DNA of 64,000 nucleotides, from positions 65,629-129,628 of the IMG/VR virus record IMGVR_UViG_3300032401_001514. One strand, given 5' to 3'. Under the pieces are notes generated by a model. That model was not told the DNA's origin. It did not search any database and saw nothing but the letters and a program-made list of their open reading frames with translations. This document shows, piece after piece, positions 7,189 to 15,422 of this stretch. Source of the stretch: a virus. Both the position numbers and the translations under genes were made by a program. The number at the start of each line of letters is the position of its first letter. The first letter of the stretch is position 1.

Positions 7189-9974
7189 TATGTTCTTATT
7201 TTTTCATGATGTTTTTCTAATAACAATATTATTGGATCGAAATTATCGCTTTTCCATAAATGTTTGAATTTTTCAATGTTTTGCGGGTAATGATAGCTTG
7301 GGCTTAATGATAAAGGAGCGTGATCTAAGAAATATCTATTTATAGCCGTTTCGTCATGCCATAATGGAATTATACCGTTTTTAACATCTTGTTCTATTTT
7401 AGATGCGCACCACTCGGAAAGCTCTAAATATTTATCCTTTCTGCCACCGCTAAACCCGCCTCCATAATAATAAGTATATTTATCAGACGGTGTATATAAA
7501 CAAGAGCTTGTATTTGTTTCAAATGTGCCGCCGCCATGATAATAACCACAATGTCTTACACCAACTAAATCACCAAGAGTCTCACCAGAAACTCTATTTA
7601 TAAACAGGCAGTCAGCATCAATATAGTACAAATAATCCATGTCATTAAATATTTCTTTATTTTCGCTGAAATATTTAAACCTATTCATACTAGCAAAAGG
7701 AAATGGAACATGCTCTATATGAACTTGTTTAACACTTCTTGTTGTTAATATATCTTGAGTTTCGTCAGAAAATACAAAATATGACACCTCTGAGTCGGCA
7801 TTATTGAAAAAATATCTATCGGCTGACGAAATCAACGGGGCAATAAAAGATTGATATTTTGATGTGCCTATAATTATCAATCCAATTTTATGTTTAATTT
7901 CTTGTTTTTTATTTTCAACTGAGGTTTTGTTATATTTAGTTTTTCTTCTTATTAAACCATCCAAGCTAGCTTGTAACTGTTTATTAACTTTATGATCGTT
8001 TATTGGATTTTGAAGATTATAAGTATATAAAGCTTCGCTTATAAATTTCGAATGAATTCCAGACATTTCTAACATTGGATACATAATGGCCAGATCCCAT
8101 GTCATAGCGAAAAACTTTCCATCATTATTAATTAAGTCATTTTTATTTATCTTTTTAAATAACCAGGCATAGAAAGTTCTCAAATGTGAAGAACACCATG
8201 TAAAAGATCTATATGTATTTGATTGTGTAATTTTATCAGGAATTTGTTGTGATACGCCGAGCGCTCCATCTGGATAATTTTGATATTGCCCATAAGTTAA
8301 CCATATGTCTTTGTTTTTATAAACATTATTTAAATAATTCAAGACATTTTCGTTTGATAACCAATCATCTCCATCCAATGTTAAAATTATTTCATCATCA
8401 GCGCAACTATGTATTGCATTATACAAATTTTCTAAAGCGCCAAGACGATTTATATTTTTAACAATAATTGTTTTTATATTGCCTTTATATTTGTCTATAA
8501 TTTCACGGGCTTTAATAAACGTTTTATCAGATGAACAATCGTCAATATATATAATTCTATAGTTTACGTAATTTTGTTGTATTGCAGAACGTAAATTATT
8601 TTCCACCCATTGCTCATTATTATAACTAGGAATAACAATAACAAACTTTTTATCTTTACCAACAGATAAATTAATATTATCACTTAACGGCACGTTACTT
8701 AATGTATTTAATATAATCGGATTCTGTATTATATTATCTGTATTATAATTAAAATTAACTGGTTGATAAAAAAGTGCTGCATTTATTTTTGCTGTCGGTA
8801 CTGCTGCTACCGCCGTTGCTGATGCGTTTTTTATACCATTTATTAATTTAATACGCTCAACAAATAATTCGCCAACTGAATTTGACCCTCTACTTATTTT
8901 TATTTTATAACTAGCTGCTGGACTTCCTGATTTAAGTTTAAAAAATAATTCAGATTTTTTTTGATGTGCTAACAATGTTATAACACTTTTTATATTATTA
9001 TCATCATCAATAATACTAACTTCTAATTTCCCATTCCCGTTTATTTTATTAGCAGTGATAACAACTACATATTCAAAATCAGGCTGTATAGTTGTAATTG
9101 GTATGCAAAAAGAAGAGCCTCTTGGCATAATGATACCATTTGCCACATTAGATAATGATCCAACAACAGACCCGAAGGCGTTTATGTTTAAACCGCTTTG
9201 TGATGAATCGTACATAATAGATGATACAAATATATTGTTTGTTATTACTTGTGAAAATGTCTTATTTTTAATTAATTCATTTGGCGACTTGTTAGAATTA
9301 ATATCATAATTTGTTGTAATCGTTGGCGGAGACTCCATATTACGATACATTGGCTCAGAATGTATTTTATCTAAACTCGACAATTTAATATCAAGTATTT
9401 CACATGGTATCATAAATTTTATAAATCCGTCTTTATTAACAATTACATTAGGAGGCTGGGTAATTATAGATTCAATATTAGATGATTTTAAACTGCCTCC
9501 CTCTGATGCGAATAATTTGTTTTTTACTATCCTTACATTTTTACAAGGCTCACATTGTGCTATAATATTTCGCCAACTCATTGATTTAACCACTTCTTCA
9601 TCTTGCATTATTTCTATATCCTCATTAGTTTCAATAATTATTCCAGATATTAATATCTTTCCAAATGTTCCAGGCTGTCGCATAATTTTAATTTTATCAT
9701 ATGATGTTGGAACTTGTATTGTTTCTTCATGCATTGAAGAAAACTTTGTATTAATATGAGATGATTCAGTTGCTATTATTATAGTGCCATTGCCAGATAA
9801 ACGCCGTCCTTTAAAAGTAATACATTTTGCTATATTATTAAAATCCGAAAAATCAAAACTAACACTACCTGATGGTTCTATTTCAATGGATCCATCAGAT
9901 ATATATCTACAAGAGCGTATAGAAGATACGTATTGTTTTAAATCATTGGCTGCTATTTCATATTTTTTATTCAT
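7188..9974 (-). CDS. Multidomain glycosyltransferase: N-terminal duplicated beta domain + GT2 + GT6 (ABO-type alpha-1,3-GalNAc/Gal transferase)
   Basis: GT2 at about 8655-7950 (IVIPSYN, IDDCSSD, LDGDD). GT6 at about 7890-7190 (IIIGTSKY, YLYYIDAD, YYYGGGFSGG, WHDETAINRYF, LSPSYHYP). Confidence 0.85.
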   Translation of the reverse strand: MNKKYEIAANDLKQYVSSIRSCRYISDGSIEIEPSGSVSFDFSDFNNIAKCITFKGRRLSGNGTIIIATESSHINTKFSSMHEETIQVPTSYDKIKIMRQPGTFGKILISGIIIETNEDIEIMQDEEVVKSMSWRNIIAQCEPCKNVRIVKNKLFASEGGSLKSSNIESIITQPPNVIVNKDGFIKFMIPCEILDIKLSSLDKIHSEPMYRNMESPPTITTNYDINSNKSPNELIKNKTFSQVITNNIFVSSIMYDSSQSGLNINAFGSVVGSLSNVANGIIMPRGSSFCIPITTIQPDFEYVVVITANKINGNGKLEVSIIDDDNNIKSVITLLAHQKKSELFFKLKSGSPAASYKIKISRGSNSVGELFVERIKLINGIKNASATAVAAVPTAKINAALFYQPVNFNYNTDNIIQNPIILNTLSNVPLSDNINLSVGKDKKFVIVIPSYNNEQWVENNLRSAIQQNYVNYRIIYIDDCSSDKTFIKAREIIDKYKGNIKTIIVKNINRLGALENLYNAIHSCADDEIILTLDGDDWLSNENVLNYLNNVYKNKDIWLTYGQYQNYPDGALGVSQQIPDKITQSNTYRSFTWCSSHLRTFYAWLFKKINKNDLINNDGKFFAMTWDLAIMYPMLEMSGIHSKFISEALYTYNLQNPINDHKVNKQLQASLDGLIRRKTKYNKTSVENKKQEIKHKIGLIIIGTSKYQSFIAPLISSADRYFFNNADSEVSYFVFSDETQDILTTRSVKQVHIEHVPFPFASMNRFKYFSENKEIFNDMDYLYYIDADCLFINRVSGETLGDLVGVRHCGYYHGGGTFETNTSSCLYTPSDKYTYYYGGGFSGGRKDKYLELSEWCASKIEQDVKNGIIPLWHDETAINRYFLDHAPLSLSPSYHYPQNIEKFKHLWKSDNFDPIILLLEKHHEKIRT

Positions 9975-10720
9975 TCATCTTTGTATGGAATATATATTGA
10001 TTTCTGTTTAGTCATGTAAAGCCTTGAATTTTCATAAAATTTTGGCAAATTTTCCTTATGATGCTTATTTTTAAACTCTCTGTACTCCCCTATATCATTT
10101 TCGCCTTCGCCAATATGCTTTCCCATCTCTTTTATGTATCCTAGTTGATGCCCTAATACCCTGGCGCGCATGCCAAAATCTGCGTCCTCATGTGCGTAGG
10201 TTTTATATTCAGTATTAAAGAACCCCAGCATCTTATGTAAACTCTTTGGGAAAACCATGCAGGCTGTCCCTAGATTGCCCTGTGGCTTTCTTTGGAATTC
10301 CTTGCCGCCCTCGGACACCAACCCATACGCAGAGCCCTCCATATTGACTCCTATCATCGCGTATTTGGGATTTGCTTTAAGAATAGCTATACATTCGTCA
10401 AGCCATCCATCCGGCACCAGAATATCATTATCAATCGTTGCGTACCAAGAAGTATCTAAATTATCAGCCAATAATAATGCCTGGTTCCTACCAATAGCTA
10501 TTCCTTTATTTTCATTATTATATTGGCATACAATTTTGCCACCATCATATTTATTAACTAATTCGGATAAATATTGTTTGGTATCATCGGTAGAACCATT
10601 ATCAACAATAGCCAGGTTATAAGGTTGTTTTGTATTTATTAATATGTTATTTATTGTTTGTTTGGTAAGCTCTAATCTGTTATATGTTACCATCATTAAT
10701 GTAGCAATATCTTCTTTCAT
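9971..10720 (-). CDS. GT2-family glycosyltransferase
   Basis: MVTYNR, IVDNGSTD, NKGIAIGRN, TIDND and HEDADFGMR motifs. Confidence 0.88.
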   Translation of the reverse strand: MKEDIATLMMVTYNRLELTKQTINNILINTKQPYNLAIVDNGSTDDTKQYLSELVNKYDGGKIVCQYNNENKGIAIGRNQALLLADNLDTSWYATIDNDILVPDGWLDECIAILKANPKYAMIGVNMEGSAYGLVSEGGKEFQRKPQGNLGTACMVFPKSLHKMLGFFNTEYKTYAHEDADFGMRARVLGHQLGYIKEMGKHIGEGENDIGEYREFKNKHHKENLPKFYENSRLYMTKQKSIYIPYKDE

Positions 10721-11691
10721 TTAATCTCCGAAAAAACAGATAATGGAGTTAACATACCTGGCTTAGCAATAAACATTGGCGGACCATTATCGTCTTTAAA
10801 AACAAACTTCTTATTTTTGGTTAAACTAAATTCACCCTCTTGTTTCAAAGCTATTATTTTTGCCTTAGATATCAGGAGTGACATCAGCAATATATCAATC
10901 TCGTTTGCCATTATTGCTTTTGCGAATGGTAATACGTACAAAATATAATCAAGCCTCATTGGTAATAGATGCAGCTTCATTCCATAATATTGAGATTCAT
11001 TTTGCGTGCATATCACAAGCTCAATTCCAGATTGGTGCAACATCGCGGCTAATGATTTGACTTGCTGTGATGTCCATTCTAGACAATTGTTTTTGTGATT
11101 TGACCATCCAGTATGGCTTGGTACAATAAAAACAAATGGCTTATTTAAAAAAAACTTATCACGTTTGGCCCAGTTTTCAAATTCAGATATTGTTATTTTA
11201 TTCCTCATTTTTGGAACGTAATTTGTGTTCCATTCAACTAATGAGTTCTCGAAAATTTGTTTAATAACAGCTCGTTGATCATGATATCCAAATTTGTTAT
11301 AACAAGTAAACACAGATATATAATTATTAAGATAATTAAAAAATACAAATTTGTTTTTATCCATAAATAACGGAGTTGTATATTCTTTTAAAGTTTGTTC
11401 ATTAATATTTGCATTTAATATATTTGCTAAACCATTTGAGCGAACTATATAATTAAAACGATTATCACCTATCCAATGAAGTTTTTTATTTGGACTTAGA
11501 TTGTTTATTGTTTCCAAAATCGTTAAAGACATAAATGATTCGAATAAGCCTCCGAACCCAGCTACTACAACTTCTTTGTTATCTAAAGCTTTGTTCCATG
11601 ATACACCGTCTATTTTTGGAATTATATATCTGCCATTTTTAACGTGCCATGGAACAGATGGAGCAAATGGAAAATACTTAATCGATGACAT
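10717..11691 (-). CDS. Hypothetical protein, possibly a divergent GT9-like protein
   Basis: 324 aa; N-terminal GFGGLFESFMSL and PFVFIVP...W segments loosely resemble GT9; island context. Confidence 0.35.
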   Translation of the reverse strand: MSSIKYFPFAPSVPWHVKNGRYIIPKIDGVSWNKALDNKEVVVAGFGGLFESFMSLTILETINNLSPNKKLHWIGDNRFNYIVRSNGLANILNANINEQTLKEYTTPLFMDKNKFVFFNYLNNYISVFTCYNKFGYHDQRAVIKQIFENSLVEWNTNYVPKMRNKITISEFENWAKRDKFFLNKPFVFIVPSHTGWSNHKNNCLEWTSQQVKSLAAMLHQSGIELVICTQNESQYYGMKLHLLPMRLDYILYVLPFAKAIMANEIDILLMSLLISKAKIIALKQEGEFSLTKNKKFVFKDDNGPPMFIAKPGMLTPLSVFSEIK

Positions 11692-12505
11692 TGTATTTTG
11701 GATTTTTAATATATGAATCGTGATCTATTTGATATAGAGGGCTTCCGTTTTTCCACCAACGCTTTTTAAAACAACCAACGTTATGACTCATAAACATTTT
11801 ATTAACAGGATTTAGTTTTAATGTAGCGCTTTCTTCATGAGTTATTTTTGTTTCGCCAGCGTAAACAATTTTCTCATCCTTACCTATACGTAAACACAGA
11901 TCGATATCTTCAAAAGCCCAGTTTAAATCTTCGCACATGCCGCCAGCTCGTTTAAAACTAGAAACCTTCATTAAACATACAGCGGCAGTTACGGCCTGAA
12001 AATATCTGTCTGCATAAGAAGCTGCATCCGCTTCTTCATGACGCCTATAGTGCCATGGCATTTTACCATACTGATTGCTAAAAATTACTCCGGCATGTTG
12101 TAATTTATTATCATTATCCATAAGTTTAGCACCAACAACAGCTGCATTAGTTTTCTTCATTAAATTCCACATTTTTAATAAAGATACTTCTTCGTTAAAT
12201 ATCACATCATTATTCAAAAGTAAAATTAAATCATCATCATTTGGATCAGCTTGTTTAAATAAATAATTAACACATGTGGCAAAATTATCTCTATTATGAC
12301 CTGCTTCATACAGATTTAATTCGGATTGTTCCCACAAAGGTGTTGATAATATTGCTTTAGTATTATCTTTTGACCCATTATCTCTTACGTGCCATATAAA
12401 ATCCATATCATTTTTAAGTTGGATAAAATTTTGTTTCAATCCATATTGTAACTTTTGTAATTTTTGCTCACCATTCCAAGTTAATGTTAATGCATGTAAT
12501 TTCAT
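11678..12505 (-). CDS. GT2-family glycosyltransferase
   Basis: LTLTWN, VRDNGSKD, LLLNNDV, QHAGV, AVTAAVCL and FEDIDLCLR motifs. Confidence 0.88.
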   Translation of the reverse strand: MKLHALTLTWNGEQKLQKLQYGLKQNFIQLKNDMDFIWHVRDNGSKDNTKAILSTPLWEQSELNLYEAGHNRDNFATCVNYLFKQADPNDDDLILLLNNDVIFNEEVSLLKMWNLMKKTNAAVVGAKLMDNDNKLQHAGVIFSNQYGKMPWHYRRHEEADAASYADRYFQAVTAAVCLMKVSSFKRAGGMCEDLNWAFEDIDLCLRIGKDEKIVYAGETKITHEESATLKLNPVNKMFMSHNVGCFKKRWWKNGSPLYQIDHDSYIKNPKYNVID

Positions 12506-12699
12506 AATAGTTCCAGTAAATTTCTAACAACAAGGAATATAGCTATTGCACACCCAATTATTCCAGAACCAAACATAATATGCAGTCCGTCATAAGTGCT
12601 AATGCTTGGACCTAATGATATCAAAAATCCTATTAATATCCCGTATAACGGATATAGAAAATAGGAAACAGATTTTAAGAAGATGTCTTTGAAAGCCAT
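12502..12699 (-). CDS. Small putative two-TM membrane protein
   Basis: 65 aa with two hydrophobic stretches; its stop overlaps the next start (ATGA-type). Its 5' end overlaps the upstream GT2 by 25 nt. Confidence 0.45.
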   Translation of the reverse strand: MAFKDIFLKSVSYFLYPLYGILIGFLISLGPSISTYDGLHIMFGSGIIGCAIAIFLVVRNLLELL

Positions 12700-13409
12700 T
12701 TGTTTACAAAAATAGTTCGTGCATTTAAATATAGCTCGGATATATTTAATTTTTTACTGGTCATCTTGCCAAAATGAATTACCGGAACTGGAACAATTTG
12801 CGTTGGTATACCGGCGTCCCTGGCCCTGAATCCCAAATCCGTATCTTCAAAATAACAAAAAAATTCTTCGCTAAATATTTCATTATCAGAAATGTCTAGT
12901 TTCTTCCAAGTCTCTTTAGAAGCAGTAATACACCAACCAGACATATAAGAATTGCCATCTAAATTTGTATTTGCTTCTTTAACAAAATTTAAATTATTAT
13001 CTAACTGTCCCATGGTCGGCCCAACAATAGCGCCGTAACCATTAATAATATCATTTTTAGCTGCTGCAATTAATGGCTGTGTCCATGTTTTATAGTTGTC
13101 CTGCACTCTGACATCATTGTTTAAAAACATTGCATACTGGCCTTTTGATGCCTTAAAACCCTTATTGCAAGCTTTACCGAATCCTTCGTTGATTTCGTTT
13201 CTAATATAACGAAATCCACCAGGCAATATTGGTCCGCCAGAACCATCAAAAAACATTGTGGTTAACATCATTTCAGTATCATCAGTGCTGCCATTATCAA
13301 CAATAATCACTTCGTGATCATCAGGTAATTCTGACAAATCTTTTAATGTAGCTTTGGTGAGGTTCCAGTTGTTAAAAACCGGTATTATAATACTTAATTT
13401 AATGGTCAT
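12675..13409 (-). CDS. GT2-family glycosyltransferase
   Basis: SIIIPVFN, IVDNGSTD, GFGKACNKG, MFLNNDV and YFEDTDLGFR motifs. Confidence 0.9.
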   Translation of the reverse strand: MTIKLSIIIPVFNNWNLTKATLKDLSELPDDHEVIIVDNGSTDDTEMMLTTMFFDGSGGPILPGGFRYIRNEINEGFGKACNKGFKASKGQYAMFLNNDVRVQDNYKTWTQPLIAAAKNDIINGYGAIVGPTMGQLDNNLNFVKEANTNLDGNSYMSGWCITASKETWKKLDISDNEIFSEEFFCYFEDTDLGFRARDAGIPTQIVPVPVIHFGKMTSKKLNISELYLNARTIFVNKWLSKTSS

Positions 13410-13891
13410 TTTTGCTCTTTATTTTTAATAATCCATTCTTTCCAGCATTTATCGTTAGCATCTTTACAGAAGCCACTGATGTCATCCGCTATGTGTTTCT
13501 TACAATTCTTACATTTTGCAAACGAGGCGATCTCATTTAACTTTTCCATAATGAGTTTATCTTCTTCTTCAAGAATTGAAGCAGCCCCTGAGCTAGCTGC
13601 CGTTTCTTCATACATGGCATGCCGCTTAGACATTTTAATTCGTCTTGCGGCTCTTAACAACAATAAGCAACAAATTAAATCAAGCTCTTCCTCATGAGTT
13701 GGATAACCAGATGCTATTTTTGTAATGTTTAGATCAGCAAACATTGCAATTCTTTCCTCAATAGAAAGATAAGAATATGTATTACATTCGTCTAATTCAT
13801 CAATTTTCTTTTGTATATATTTATTTAATCTATCACATTCGCTAGCAGCCTCAGCAAGAATGCCAATCTGTACATTTATATCTTCTTTCAT
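13406..13891 (-). CDS. Hypothetical protein with C-terminal CxxC...C (possible Zn-binding)
   Basis: 161 aa; ATGA overlaps with both neighbours. Confidence 0.6.
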   Translation of the reverse strand: MKEDINVQIGILAEAASECDRLNKYIQKKIDELDECNTYSYLSIEERIAMFADLNITKIASGYPTHEEELDLICCLLLLRAARRIKMSKRHAMYEETAASSGAASILEEEDKLIMEKLNEIASFAKCKNCKKHIADDISGFCKDANDKCWKEWIIKNKEQK

Positions 13892-14304
13892 TTGTGTCCT
13901 TTTAATCTTTGATGTAAATCTTCCTCATACTCATGCACGCGCCAACCAAACTTATTAATTCTAGCCTGAGCCTCTTCCATATCAATCGGTCTTAGTCCAT
14001 CAGCATCTCCAATTGATATAAAGTATGGTTTAAATGATTTTGTAAAAGAATCAAATTCGCCGCATGCTTTCCATGCTGGCTTCCAATTTCTTAAACGAAA
14101 ATAATCATCCGTGTATTGTTTAATTGATCCTAATATATTTTCTTTTATTAAAGGCGTGTATGGTTGATTCACGAATTCTTTGCTTATTCTAATTATTCCG
14201 TCAATAAATGTTTCGTTTTCTGGATTAATACCTTTATCAATAGTATTAAATATGCTATCATAAAAATAAGGAGTTTGATATATTATTTTATTACTCATTG
14301 ACAC
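13888..14304 (-). CDS. Hypothetical protein
   Basis: 138 aa, tightly packed in the operon. Confidence 0.6.
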   Translation of the reverse strand: MSMSNKIIYQTPYFYDSIFNTIDKGINPENETFIDGIIRISKEFVNQPYTPLIKENILGSIKQYTDDYFRLRNWKPAWKACGEFDSFTKSFKPYFISIGDADGLRPIDMEEAQARINKFGWRVHEYEEDLHQRLKGHK

Positions 14305-15383
14305 AATCCTATTATTTGATCAACAATCTTATCCCATGTTAAACGCGCTAGTTGCTCTTGCATATTGGGACGGAACTTATTCATTAAATCATCATAGTTG
14401 CCTACTGCAAGCTTTAATTTACTAGCAGCATCCTCAATGCTTGGTTCGAACGTCTTGGCATAAGGAGATGGAACCCAATATTGCATTTTCTTTGGCGCTC
14501 TAACCTCTTTGCCTTCTATAAGCAACGAATTGTTTTCGTTCATATATTCAAGCTGTCCTCCCCAATTAGGAGCTATTACCAAGTTGTTTGTAGCCATACC
14601 CTCTAATCCAGGCAACCAAAAGCACTCTGCGTGAGTAGCTGAGAACACGATATCGCAGGCATTATACAAAGGAACCATGCTATCTAAGAACTTTGTAATA
14701 ATTTCTACCTCAGCATGATCAGGATATTTCTTACAAAATGTATTATAAATATCCCAAAAATCAACAACAAAAGAACGCAGATTATTTGTGGTTTTATTTA
14801 TGCTTATTTTAACTACCAAACAAACATCATCTTTTTTTGTAAAAGCTTTTCCGAATGATTCTAATAAACCATCTATATTTTTTCTAACATGAGGTTGAGC
14901 AATATTGGCAAGTATCTTATATTTCTTTTTTGTATTAAGCTTATATATTTCTTTTGATGAATATTCTTCTGTATTAATTCCGTGTGGCACAACAACCATA
15001 TGTTCTTTCGGAACGCCGTTACTACTATATATAGATTCCATAAATTTAGAGCTTGGCAATAATTTATCGGTTGCTTTATAATATTTAGCAAACCCTGGCG
15101 GCAAAACAGTTGTTTCGTAATTCCAAATACCAAATCTATTTTTTGTTCCATGAGATAAATAACCTGCAAAATTTCTCATAGCCGTATAACTAATTTGCAT
15201 ATCGTAATTATTATCTAATTTTTCATTTATATATGGCTTTAAATCTAATGGAAATAAATCGTAACCATTTGTAGATTTTAAATGAACTTCGTGATTTTTC
15301 TTAATTAAAGCTCTAGCTATATTTTGTCCAACAATTGACCAAGAATGATTCTGAGATAAAAATTGTTCCATACATACTTTCAT
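14295..15383 (-). CDS. GT4-like (GT-B, retaining) glycosyltransferase
   Basis: IWNYETT, VVPHGIN, RKNIDGL, AECFWLPGLEGMA (E-x7-E) and APNWGGQLEY motifs. Confidence 0.88.
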   Translation of the reverse strand: MKVCMEQFLSQNHSWSIVGQNIARALIKKNHEVHLKSTNGYDLFPLDLKPYINEKLDNNYDMQISYTAMRNFAGYLSHGTKNRFGIWNYETTVLPPGFAKYYKATDKLLPSSKFMESIYSSNGVPKEHMVVVPHGINTEEYSSKEIYKLNTKKKYKILANIAQPHVRKNIDGLLESFGKAFTKKDDVCLVVKISINKTTNNLRSFVVDFWDIYNTFCKKYPDHAEVEIITKFLDSMVPLYNACDIVFSATHAECFWLPGLEGMATNNLVIAPNWGGQLEYMNENNSLLIEGKEVRAPKKMQYWVPSPYAKTFEPSIEDAASKLKLAVGNYDDLMNKFRPNMQEQLARLTWDKIVDQIIGLCQ

Positions 15384-15408
15384 AAAATGAATAGTATTAA
15401 AATAATTT

Positions 15409-15422
15409 TTGCTCGAAATATT
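15409..15422 (-). promoter_or_regulatory. Copy of recurrent intergenic motif AATATTTCGAGCAA (candidate late promoter), upstream of the glycan island
   Basis: Similar motifs occur in three other intergenic gaps on the coding strand; this copy is about 26 nt upstream of the GT4 ATG. Confidence 0.4.

Noticed and set aside
2-15383. Interpretation as a host chromosomal O-antigen or capsule locus
   Set aside because: No flippase, polymerase, ABC exporter or priming transferase is visible. The genes are continuous and co-oriented with phage structural genes, are interspersed with phage-like hypotheticals, and have similar AT content.
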